Below are positions 31,452 to 40,374 of a stretch of DNA of 64,000 nucleotides, one piece after another (positions within the stretch are counted from its first letter, which is position 1; each line of letters begins with the position of its first letter). Position numbers and translations under genes: made by a program. Under the pieces are notes generated by a model, which saw nothing but the letters and a program-made list of their open reading frames with translations, was not told the DNA's origin and ran no database searches. The DNA lies in assembly GCF_014337235.1 (NCBI RefSeq), contig NZ_CP060636.1; one strand, given 5' to 3'. This DNA is from [Eubacterium] hominis (GTDB taxonomy: Bacteria; Bacillota_I; Bacilli_A; Erysipelotrichales; Erysipelotrichaceae).

Positions 31452-32554
31452 GATAATACCTCCTGTTTCTGTATAAATGCTGCTAATTGTGTAAGGATAT
31501 CACTATTCCCATTTAAGGTGATATTTCCTACATTTTCGCAGATTCTTTCTAAATATTCTAATTCTTTTAAGCGATATAAAGTTTTGTTCTCATCTAATAA
31601 TTTAGCGGTATTCAATAAAGAACGTGTTGACGCAACTTCTTCCCTTCGTGTAATGACATTGGCCTGTGCGCGTTTTTCTGCGATTAAAACCGTATTCATA
31701 ATCTCACGCATATCACCTGGTAAAATGATATCTTTGATACCAGCATCTGTGATATCAATGTAAAGAGAAGCAGCCCGCTGTTTTAATTGTTCAAAAACAT
31801 ACGTACCGATTTCTTCCTTGTTTTCTAACAGTTCCTCCATCTTATAGTTGCCAATATATTCACGTAATACCAACTGTGCCATGACATATAATTGTGTTAA
31901 ATAATCATCAATTTCAGTAAGAATTGCGACACAATCAGTAACACGATAATGAGCAACCATATTGATACGTAATGTGACTTTATCTTTTGTCAATACTTCC
32001 TGTCCTATGACATCTAACTGTTTCAATCGCATATCTACAATATCCACATCAACCATTGTTTTTGTATTCCAGAAATAATAAATACCAGCATCTAAAACAG
32101 TTATGAACTTCTGATCATAAAACAAGCGACCTTTTTCATATTGCGCAATGTTTACTTGTTGATAATAAGAACGTGGAATGTTCGCAAAGATATAGCGTGG
32201 AATATCATCCTCTACCATTGGTTCTTTTACATCTATATATTGTACTTTATGATTGTTTTCTATGTTCCAGTAAGCATACAAACCAGTAGGCAGACATTGT
32301 GAAAATTTACCATCGATATAGTGTAATGCATATTGTTCATCACCAACATCTATAATGGTAGCGTTCTTCTTGATTTCAGGAAACTGAATAAGTTTCTCCA
32401 AGGAACAATACATGGATGAAATTGGCTGGTTGATAGATAATAATTCTACTTTATCATTTGCGAAACAGTGATATGTTCCTGCATATAATAACTTAACAAA
32501 TTTACTTTTCCGATATAATAAACCTATTTGATTTTCATTAATTTTAATTTTCAT
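31448..32554 (-). CDS. SPFH/band-7 domain protein with one N-terminal repeat module (paralog of 28137-30056)
   Basis: same module plus SPFH C-terminus (LTKDKVTLRINMVAHYRVTD, ITDAGIKDIILP, AEKRAQANVITRR); stop overlaps rtcB start (ATGA); RBS aaaggagaaaa. Confidence 0.7.
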   Translation of the reverse strand: MKIKINENQIGLLYRKSKFVKLLYAGTYHCFANDKVELLSINQPISSMYCSLEKLIQFPEIKKNATIIDVGDEQYALHYIDGKFSQCLPTGLYAYWNIENNHKVQYIDVKEPMVEDDIPRYIFANIPRSYYQQVNIAQYEKGRLFYDQKFITVLDAGIYYFWNTKTMVDVDIVDMRLKQLDVIGQEVLTKDKVTLRINMVAHYRVTDCVAILTEIDDYLTQLYVMAQLVLREYIGNYKMEELLENKEEIGTYVFEQLKQRAASLYIDITDAGIKDIILPGDMREIMNTVLIAEKRAQANVITRREEVASTRSLLNTAKLLDENKTLYRLKELEYLERICENVGNITLNGNSDILTQLAAFIQKQEVLS

Positions 32555-32744
32555 ATTTTTCTCCTTTTATTTGATGATATGCATTCGTTTCAGCGGCAAA
32601 ATCATTAAGATTATGAATGTATCCTGCGAGTAAAAACTGGCAGAATAGATGCATAATCGATATCCTAACTTTGGCAAGGCTGAAACAAATGAGATCTGTG
32701 AAAGCATCCAATCATCTTTTACTTAATAATTAGTCCCAAACTAA

Positions 32745-32790
32745 TTGCAGGAGTCGAACCTGCGTAACGCCATGTTAAACCATTTTTTTA
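32745..32790 (-). other. tRNA T-arm-like hairpin (GCAGG-TTCGACT-CCTGC) plus adjacent hairpin in the presumptive leader of the SPFH-rtcB operon
   Basis: minus strand reads ...GGCGTTACGCAGGTTCGACTCCTGCAATTAGTTTGGGACTAATT; no D-arm or anticodon arm, so not a tRNA gene. Confidence 0.3.
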
Positions 32791-32945
32791 ATAAGCGGAT
32801 AGTTTCCGAAATACACACAAGTAAAGTTACTAGTGCATCGTTGTGGGATGAGAACCACTTCCTTGACCGCAAGGTTATTATAGGAAATATCAGGAAATAA
32901 ATCGTGAAAAAAAAGTTGCGAACGATAAATATATGAAATTTTTTA

Positions 32946-32995
32946 CCGATTATACTCGAAAACGACAGATTAGACTCAAGGCATTGACAAATAGC
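32946..32995 (-). promoter_or_regulatory. promoter/operator-like repeat copy 1 (minus strand TTGAGTCTAATCTGTCGTTTTCGAGTATAAT)
   Basis: ~48-bp direct repeat also present at 33200-33250 (~42/48 identical); minus strand carries a TATAAT -10-like box oriented toward the SPFH-rtcB operon. Confidence 0.4.
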
Positions 32996-33199
32996 TTTGA
33001 TTATGAAAAACTCAAATGAAAAAATACCGTTGACAACCATAGAAAGCCCGTTTAGAACCAGCCTATTGACAAAGATATAAAATAGTGAATGAATAAATTC
33101 ATATTCCTGTTTACCAATTAACCTCAAAAGCTAACCAGTTATCCCTTTTCTATTGACATAGAAGGAAATACTTGATTGAAATATATATAAACAGAATAC

Positions 33200-33250
33200 A
33201 GATTATCCTCGAAAATTACAGATTAGACTCAAGCTATTGACAAAAAGGGT
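33200..33250 (-). promoter_or_regulatory. promoter/operator-like repeat copy 2 (minus strand TTGAGTCTAATCTGTAATTTTCGAGGATAAT)
   Basis: direct repeat of 32946-32995; GATAAT -10-like box. Confidence 0.35.
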
Positions 33251-33339
33251 CACACATGATTTCTATATACAGATACTTTAAAACATTATTTACACATAAA
33301 AAACCTTGGAACTAACCAAGGCTTATACATAGTGATTCA

Positions 33340-34248
33340 TTATTTTATAGATAATGCTTTTTGTGACAATAAACGCCTTTTAATCTGATTAATAAAATGA
33401 TTTGGTTCTATGACTTTCACAAATGGACCAAAAGATAAAACGCGAATCAATAGTTCAGATTCATCTTCTCCATCATAAAACACTTTGACTTGATAATGGT
33501 TTTCATCTAACCGTTTCGCTTCTTTTTCAAAATGCGCAAAGTGTAACATCACACGCTCTAACGCATTACGCTCATCTACTAATTCCATCACAAAGTATTT
33601 CTTTTCTTCTGTACGCACATCTTTTGGATAATGGAATGCTTCTTTGATTTCTACCTCTAATATACGAGAAATATTAATTGTATATTTTTTATGATGATAT
33701 GCGATAATCAAACGGAACTTATCATCTTTTTGTGAATATTCTAATTGAAGTGGCATGCCATGAATGTTAGCACGTTTGCCTTTTCCTGTCACAAAATAGA
33801 CGGATACAGAGGATTGATCATGCAAGGCTTTGCGAATTGTCTTAAAGTTTTTAATATAAGCGGGATCAAAGTAATCATCATGATCATGGTACTGATCAAA
33901 ATAGACAATGTCATCCATTTGATAAAGTGGCATAATATCATCCAAGCCTTTAATAGACACATCAAATAATTGAATACGAGGATCAAGCAAAATAGCTTTT
34001 AACCAGCGTTTTTCTATGAGTGTAAGCGGCATAGTAGAAGGGTGTTTTACAGGTGTATGCATATCATCACATAAAAGCGGCCATTGATGATTCTTTAGCG
34101 CAGGCTCTATCGTTAAAAAGCTTTCAGAGAAGGCTGTTTCCTGAATGATGGAATGCATGATTTTCTCATTCAGGGTTCCTTTTATGGCTTGATCAATGAT
34201 GCGAGCAACACTTTCATAGTAGCATCCATATATCTCATGAAATAACAT
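33340..34248 (-). CDS. WYL-domain protein with C-terminal WCX-like extension (PafC/BrxR-like regulator, no obvious N-terminal HTH)
   Basis: GKRANIHGMPLQLEYSQKDDKFRLIIAYHHKKYTINISRILEVE WYL-like core and VLSFGPFVKVIEPNHF C-terminal motif. Confidence 0.55.
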   Translation of the reverse strand: MLFHEIYGCYYESVARIIDQAIKGTLNEKIMHSIIQETAFSESFLTIEPALKNHQWPLLCDDMHTPVKHPSTMPLTLIEKRWLKAILLDPRIQLFDVSIKGLDDIMPLYQMDDIVYFDQYHDHDDYFDPAYIKNFKTIRKALHDQSSVSVYFVTGKGKRANIHGMPLQLEYSQKDDKFRLIIAYHHKKYTINISRILEVEIKEAFHYPKDVRTEEKKYFVMELVDERNALERVMLHFAHFEKEAKRLDENHYQVKVFYDGEDESELLIRVLSFGPFVKVIEPNHFINQIKRRLLSQKALSIK

Positions 34249-35483
34249 TATGCATCACCTCCAATATCATATAATTCATACATTGCTTTTAAGTCAGCGC
34301 GAAACTGATTTTCAACAGTACGGTTTGAAAAATCCAATTGTTTTATACGACAGATAAAGGTACGAATCCAGGGAATCATTTCGTTTGTATCAAAAACATC
34401 AGCACGGAAAACTGCGGTATTTTTATCTAATCGTTCCACTTCACCAATCCGCTTTTCACGAACTAAGCGCTGATAGATAAATTCTTCATAATCAGAAAAG
34501 TAAATCTGAAATTCTACATGCTCGAGATGAATATTATGACTGCTGCAGCGAACACCCCACATATGTTTCTGTAGAGAAGATAAAAGTTCACGTTTTTTAT
34601 CAAATTGTGAGGAAGGTTCTAATAAGGTCACATGATCCATATAATCCATACGATAAGAAGAAATACGATGATAATGTTTATGATATGCGAATAAGTATTG
34701 TCGACCATTTTGTGTACTCACAAAGATTTTTAAGGGAATCAAATCCCACAAGATATTTTTTTGATGCTGCTTATGATGAATACGCACTTCACGTTTCTCC
34801 TGGATTGCGCACAAGAGTTGATATAAAATTTCACTGTCTAATGCGTGTGCGATATAGTAATGTTTAAAAGTAAAAATGGAATCTTGAACAGATAATTGAT
34901 GCATCAGATAATTACCAATAACACCCACCATTCCCATCTGTGCAAAGAAGCAAATAGCATCATGACAGGAAGAAAGATCTAGCGTATCGGCTCTGTGGTA
35001 GGATAATTGTTTACCTGTTTTTTCACTGACAATCAATCCAAGCTGTGTATACTCCTTTAACTTTTTTCGTACTGTAGCTTTATCAATCATCAAAGGATCC
35101 ACAAAGCAGGAGAGGTGGTCCTGATCGATTTGATCTATGATTTCATTTAATGTATAGCATTGCTCTGGATCATAAAGGATATCTAATAAATAAAAATGCA
35201 GTGTGATATCAATATCTGTAAATGATTTGGCAAGAAATGCCTGATACAAAGGATTTTGTGTAGTATGACGGCTGTCTATGGATAAGAATACATTTTTTCC
35301 TTCTTCACTCTGAGTAAATCGCATATAATCTTTTAGATAACTTTCAATTCTTCTTCGTTCGTTATCATAAGAGCGCAAACTTTTCTGATCAAAATCCTGT
35401 CTACTTTTAAAACCATATACATAAAAATCAATCATATATGTTCTGATTTTCTCAAAGTTTTTTATTAGTTCTTGATATGCCAT
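34248..35483 (-). CDS. HTH + WYL-domain transcriptional regulator (PafB/BrxR/CapW-like)
   Basis: HTH-like segment LNEIIDQIDQ...ATVRKKLKEYTQLGLI; WYL-like NGRQYLFAYHKHYHRISSYRMDYM; 1-nt overlap with downstream WYL gene; RBS gcgaggga before MAYQELI. Confidence 0.55.
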   Translation of the reverse strand: MAYQELIKNFEKIRTYMIDFYVYGFKSRQDFDQKSLRSYDNERRRIESYLKDYMRFTQSEEGKNVFLSIDSRHTTQNPLYQAFLAKSFTDIDITLHFYLLDILYDPEQCYTLNEIIDQIDQDHLSCFVDPLMIDKATVRKKLKEYTQLGLIVSEKTGKQLSYHRADTLDLSSCHDAICFFAQMGMVGVIGNYLMHQLSVQDSIFTFKHYYIAHALDSEILYQLLCAIQEKREVRIHHKQHQKNILWDLIPLKIFVSTQNGRQYLFAYHKHYHRISSYRMDYMDHVTLLEPSSQFDKKRELLSSLQKHMWGVRCSSHNIHLEHVEFQIYFSDYEEFIYQRLVREKRIGEVERLDKNTAVFRADVFDTNEMIPWIRTFICRIKQLDFSNRTVENQFRADLKAMYELYDIGGDA

Positions 35484-35560
35484 ATCTATCCCTCGCAATC
35501 TTTTCTAATCATAGCAAATAACCAAAAGAAAAGAAAGCACTCTTATGCTTTCCTTTATGA

Positions 35561-35929
35561 TTATCTACGATAATTTTCCATTTTCTCAAAAGTTTCATCA
35601 CTGATGACATGTTCGATATGACAAGCATCCTCATCTGCATTTTCTGCGCTGACACCTAGCACATCCTGTAAGAAATTGGAAATTGTCTGATGACGATGAT
35701 AAACACTTTTAGCGAGTTCTCTACCAGCGTCTGTCAAATGGATATCCCCATAACTTTCCTGTAAGACATACCCTTTTTCTTTTAATACATTCATTGCTTT
35801 ATTTACAGAGGGTTTACTGACACTCATACGATTAGCGACATCCACACATCGAATTTTACCGGTACCTTCTAAAATCAGCAATGTTTCTAAATAATCTTCT
35901 AAAGATTCACCTAATAACACATTGATCAC
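35561..35929 (-). CDS. DtxR/MntR-family metal-dependent transcriptional regulator
   Basis: N-terminal HTH LEDYLETLLILEGTGKIRCVDVANRMSVSKPSVNKAM and metal-site residues; 122 aa. Confidence 0.75.
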   Translation of the reverse strand: MINVLLGESLEDYLETLLILEGTGKIRCVDVANRMSVSKPSVNKAMNVLKEKGYVLQESYGDIHLTDAGRELAKSVYHRHQTISNFLQDVLGVSAENADEDACHIEHVISDETFEKMENYRR

Positions 35930-35962
35930 CTCAAATTTGTATACGTTTACTATAGCATAAAT

Positions 35963-36337
35963 TTAGGCTTCTGCCCATAAGTTATCATAATTCTTTTCCT
36001 GAAAACCTACTAGAACGATATCACCATCAATTAAAATGGGGCGTTTGATTAACATACCATGATGACTTAAGAGAACAAGTTGTTCCTCTTCACTCATTGA
36101 TGATAGTTTATCTTTTAGCTGCATTTCTTTATATAGATTACCACTTGTGTTAAAAAATTTCTTTAAGGGCAGTCCACTTTTTTTCCATAACATTGTTAAT
36201 TCTTCCACACTTGGTGTTTCTGTGACAATATCACGAAAAGTTACTTCTATACCATGATTTTTAACGTATTTTACCGCATTGCGACAAGTACTGCATTTTG
36301 GATATCCTATGATTTCTACCTTTTTCATTTTCATCAC
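35963..36337 (-). CDS. ArsC/Spx/YffB-family thioredoxin-fold protein
   Basis: N-terminal Cys pair GYPKCSTCRNA; ~120 aa. Confidence 0.6.
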   Translation of the reverse strand: MMKMKKVEIIGYPKCSTCRNAVKYVKNHGIEVTFRDIVTETPSVEELTMLWKKSGLPLKKFFNTSGNLYKEMQLKDKLSSMSEEEQLVLLSHHGMLIKRPILIDGDIVLVGFQEKNYDNLWAEA

Positions 36338-36375
36338 CTGTGTATCATGATATGGTTTTTTGTGTTAAATTGCAA

Positions 36376-37650
36376 TTATTTTGACTGATTCTTTAAATCA
36401 TTTGCGCAGGCGATATAATAATTTCTGCCACAAGCACTGGTTTCTTGTTTAGATAAGGCCAACAGACAGTCGATTTCCCAGGAAATGATGGTATCATCTA
36501 TTGTCTTGGTATTATCAAATAATGCACATAACTGTAGCGCATATTGGTATTCTTGTTGGGAAATAGCACGTGGTATTTCATTTCTTAATGTATCCTCAGA
36601 TATCAGATTCATTAATTTAGAAGCCCATTCTTGATCACTTAATGGGTGCAGGTTGACAGGATTTCCATCAAACCATCCAACGTATCCACTATAAATACCT
36701 TTTACAGCCCATTCCAGACTGCCATAAAATTCTTGAAGATAAGGCAGTGAAGATAAATGTTCAGGTAATGTAACATGTGATACTGTTTCAGAAACAGACA
36801 TACCCAAATTCATACAATGCAGGGTTTCATGCAGGATATAAGAGAGTGCTTCTTTATATTGGGAAAGTGTTTCCTGTATGTTTTTATGTGTAAAGATTGG
36901 TTTCATATGTCCAGGCAACAGGACTTCTGCAGGATAAGACATCAGAACTTCTAAAGAATGTATCCATTGCGCAATATCACGATACTGGCTTCCTCTTAAT
37001 GCATAAAGATTAGGGAAGCAGGCATAAAAGTTATCTCCACAACATAATACACCATCATCTGGCAGCCAGATGAGCATTTGATCATCGGTTTCACCAGGTA
37101 CACGGACAAGCTCCATTTTTATACCATCGATTGTGCGTGTGGTATCTTCTGTATATAAGGTAGTGATTGGCATAAAATCATAGCTGCCATCATTTACATA
37201 TACACCTTCGCGCATACCAAGACCCTGACAGATACACTCATCATTGGTTAATCCACGCCCGAATTGTCTGGCAGTACGTTTCATTAAAACATCGTTTATT
37301 TCATTATATCCCTGTAAAGCAGGCGTTGCGGAAGCAAACATGATTGTTTCTTCTACACTGTCTTTAAATGCACCACTTCCTCCACGATGATCTGGATGAC
37401 TGTGTGTGAATATGATTGTTTTTATCGGTTTATCTGTGTTTTCTGATAAAACGCTTTTTAAGCGTTCTCCACGGGCATTACTATCTAATGCATCAATCAG
37501 TACCGTAGACTTATCCCCTTCGATGACAACGCAGTTACTGTGTCCATAGCCACAATAATAAGTGATACGATCATTGATTTTATAAGTTTCTTTCTGAAAC
37601 ATTTCATCATGAAATTGTTTAAGTTGTTTTTCTCCATCATTTTTTAACAT
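36376..37650 (-). CDS. MBL-fold metallo-hydrolase (alkyl-sulfatase-like N-terminal domain)
   Basis: HSHPDHRGG metallo-beta-lactamase motif. Confidence 0.65.
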   Translation of the reverse strand: MLKNDGEKQLKQFHDEMFQKETYKINDRITYYCGYGHSNCVVIEGDKSTVLIDALDSNARGERLKSVLSENTDKPIKTIIFTHSHPDHRGGSGAFKDSVEETIMFASATPALQGYNEINDVLMKRTARQFGRGLTNDECICQGLGMREGVYVNDGSYDFMPITTLYTEDTTRTIDGIKMELVRVPGETDDQMLIWLPDDGVLCCGDNFYACFPNLYALRGSQYRDIAQWIHSLEVLMSYPAEVLLPGHMKPIFTHKNIQETLSQYKEALSYILHETLHCMNLGMSVSETVSHVTLPEHLSSLPYLQEFYGSLEWAVKGIYSGYVGWFDGNPVNLHPLSDQEWASKLMNLISEDTLRNEIPRAISQQEYQYALQLCALFDNTKTIDDTIISWEIDCLLALSKQETSACGRNYYIACANDLKNQSK

Positions 37651-37805
37651 ATATTCGACCTTCTTTCTTATCTATTATAATACGAATATGGTAAAAAGAG
37701 TATAAGGCACCTTTTGGTAACTATGGAAATATGAAGGCAATGCATAACGAAAAATAAGAGATTTCATAAATGACGGTGTATTCATCATTTTGAAATCTCT
37801 TGTTG

Positions 37806-38306
37806 TTAATCTATTAAATCTAAGCGCATATAGATCGAAGAGGCCATTGGGCTGTCATTATAAGGTTCACATTCAAAGAAACCATATTTACGATATAAAT
37901 GAATTGCTTCTTTCAGGTAAGGAAGTGTATCCAAATACATTGTATGATAGCCGATGGACTTTGCTTCCTTCAGAATGGCTTCCATTAAGCGATCAGAGAG
38001 ATGCTGTCCACGATAAGCTTCTTTTACATATAAACGTTTTAATTCACAGTGGCCACCTTCCATATGTTTTAAGCCAACACAGCCAACGATTTCATTATCC
38101 ACTTTGACCACAAGGAAGCGACCAAGTGGCAAGCCATATATTTCTTCTAAATGCTCACGTTCATAATCATAATTTTGTTGAAGCAGGTATTGTGCTGCTG
38201 TTTCGTCTTGCTGAATCAGCATATTGGTATAATCTTCTAATAGTTCTAAGATACCATCATCCTGATATGCTAATTGGATTTCTGTCATAATGCACGCTCC
38301 TTTCAA
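37806..38306 (-). CDS. GNAT-family N-acetyltransferase
   Basis: acetyl-CoA binding motif RGQHLSDRLMEAILKEAK. Confidence 0.7.
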   Translation of the reverse strand: MKGACIMTEIQLAYQDDGILELLEDYTNMLIQQDETAAQYLLQQNYDYEREHLEEIYGLPLGRFLVVKVDNEIVGCVGLKHMEGGHCELKRLYVKEAYRGQHLSDRLMEAILKEAKSIGYHTMYLDTLPYLKEAIHLYRKYGFFECEPYNDSPMASSIYMRLDLID

Positions 38307-38342
38307 TGAGAAAACCAGGGCATTGTCAGCCCTGGCAATTCA

Positions 38343-39284
38343 TTAATTTTTAGTAGATTTCATCCATTCATCAAATTCTTTATCTGTTGCTAGAACATAG
38401 TGTGTACCATCCACCAGATGTTCACTGCCGGCATGGTAATCCACGCCTGCTTCTTTATAATCGTAAGTAAAGGATTTACGTTTCTTTTCCAAAACTGGAT
38501 TTGGGGATGGAATAGCACTTAATAAGCTTTTTGTATACGGATGAATAGGATTTGTAAAGATTTCTTCTGTAGTACCTGTTTCCACAAGATGACCTAGATG
38601 TAAAACACCGATACGATCAGAAATATATTTGACCATACTTAAGTCATGGGCTATAAATAAGATACTTGTACCAGTTTTTTGCTGGATTTTTTTCATTAAA
38701 TTGACAACCTGTGCCTGAATAGAAACATCCAAAGCAGAGATTGCTTCATCTGCGATGATTAAATCAGGATTCATAATCAATGCACGGGCAATGCCGATAC
38801 GTTGACGCTGTCCACCAGAGAATTGATGTGGATAACGGTTGGCATGCTCCTTAGAAAGGCCTACAAGCTCTAACATATCATAAACTTTCTGGTTACGTTC
38901 TTCTTTAGTCTTATATTCATGATGAATATCAAGCCCTTGTGCAATGATATCTAAAACTTTTTCTCTAGGATTTAAACAAGCCATAGGATCCTGGAAAATC
39001 ATCTGCATTTTTGTACGTAGTAATTTTAAATCAGCATTGCTCATTTTCCCAGAAATATCTTTTCCCTGAAAAATTACTTTTCCATCTGTAGGTGTATATA
39101 ATCGTATAATACTTCTACCCGTGGTGGATTTACCACTACCAGATTCACCTACAAGACCATATGTTTCCCCAGGATAAATTTTAAAAGAAATGCCATCTAC
39201 TGCTTTAACAGTATATTTACGGCTGACTTTAAAGTGTTGTTTCAGATTATCAACAACCAGGATTGGTTCTGCATTAGTTTCCAC
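38343..39284 (-). CDS. oppF: oligopeptide ABC transporter ATP-binding protein
   Basis: Walker A GESGSGKST, signature FSGGQRQR, C-terminal oligopeptide ABC extension. Confidence 0.85.
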   Translation of the reverse strand: METNAEPILVVDNLKQHFKVSRKYTVKAVDGISFKIYPGETYGLVGESGSGKSTTGRSIIRLYTPTDGKVIFQGKDISGKMSNADLKLLRTKMQMIFQDPMACLNPREKVLDIIAQGLDIHHEYKTKEERNQKVYDMLELVGLSKEHANRYPHQFSGGQRQRIGIARALIMNPDLIIADEAISALDVSIQAQVVNLMKKIQQKTGTSILFIAHDLSMVKYISDRIGVLHLGHLVETGTTEEIFTNPIHPYTKSLLSAIPSPNPVLEKKRKSFTYDYKEAGVDYHAGSEHLVDGTHYVLATDKEFDEWMKSTKN

Positions 39285-40374
39285 TTTCTTCAGCCTCCTT
39301 TTTCATTTTCAAAATACGTTTTTTCAATTGTTCTGGCATTTCCACTTTTGGTGCTTTTTCATGACACAGCCAGCTGGCACATCGATGTGTACCTCCTAAA
39401 TAAAACATTGGCGGATCTAAGCGTAAATCAATATTCAATGCATATTGATTACGTGGCGCAAAGGCATCTCCTTTGACCTCCACTGTCAGGTTAGGCGGCG
39501 TACCAGGGATAGTATACAATTCAGTATCATCAGTATCCAAATCAGGCATAGCGCTTAATAATCCCCATGTATAAGGATGACGAGGATCATAGAATATTTC
39601 ATTCACACTGCCGACTTCTACAATTTTTCCAGCATACATGACATTCACAAAGTCCGCAACTTTCGCTACAACCCCTAAATCATGTGTAATATAGATTACA
39701 GACAGGTTTTTCTTTTTCTGAATATCCTGTATAAGCTCTAGAATCTTTGCCTGAATGGTAACATCCAATGCCGTTGTTGGTTCATCACAAATTAAAATAT
39801 AAGGATCACAAGATAGTGCAATTGCGATAACAACACGTTGACGCATACCACCAGATAATTGGTGTGGATAGTTTTTCATACGTTTTTCTGCATCGGTAAT
39901 TCCTACCAGATTCAATAATTCAACAGCTTCTTTATAAGCTTCTTCTTTAGATTTGTGATAATGATAAATCATTGGCTCCATAATTTGTTTACCAATGGTC
40001 ATGGTTGGGTTTAAAGAAGTCATTGGATCCTGGAATACCATTGCGATTTTACGTCCACGAATCTCTTTTTGTTTCATTTTTTCGGACATTTTTACAATAT
40101 CCTCTGTATGTTTTTCACCTGTGAATTCATCATACCATGTATATTCAATAGAACCACTTTCGATGGTACCATTATTCGCAAGGATACCCATAATCGCTTT
40201 TGTTGTGACAGATTTACCTGAACCACTTTCACCAACAATAGCAAGTGTTTCACCTTTATATAAGTCCATGTTTACACCACGAATTGCGTTTACATGGCCA
40301 CTTTCGGTTTTAAATGATATAGATAAATCACGGATTCTTAATATTCTTTCTCTTTTTTCATTCATATGATTCAC
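39274..40374 (-). CDS. oppD: oligopeptide ABC transporter ATP-binding protein
   Basis: Walker A GESGSGKSV, signature LSGGMRQR, C-terminal extension. Confidence 0.85.
   Translation of the reverse strand: MNHMNEKRERILRIRDLSISFKTESGHVNAIRGVNMDLYKGETLAIVGESGSGKSVTTKAIMGILANNGTIESGSIEYTWYDEFTGEKHTEDIVKMSEKMKQKEIRGRKIAMVFQDPMTSLNPTMTIGKQIMEPMIYHYHKSKEEAYKEAVELLNLVGITDAEKRMKNYPHQLSGGMRQRVVIAIALSCDPYILICDEPTTALDVTIQAKILELIQDIQKKKNLSVIYITHDLGVVAKVADFVNVMYAGKIVEVGSVNEIFYDPRHPYTWGLLSAMPDLDTDDTELYTIPGTPPNLTVEVKGDAFAPRNQYALNIDLRLDPPMFYLGGTHRCASWLCHEKAPKVEMPEQLKKRILKMKKEAEESGN

Noticed and set aside
32745-32820. complete tRNA gene on the minus strand
   Set aside because: Only a T-arm-like hairpin is present. 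There is no D-arm or anticodon arm within ~75 nt, and the would-be acceptor 3' segment instead pairs locally into a second hairpin.
32741-33127. 128-aa ORF
   Set aside because: It overlaps the tRNA-like element and the promoter-like repeats, has low-complexity translation and no RBS. It is likely spurious.
28137-35483. prophage or integrative element carrying the RtcB locus
   Set aside because: No integrase, recombinase, transposase or phage structural genes are seen. Only a tRNA-like fragment is present, so a mobile-element call is not supported.
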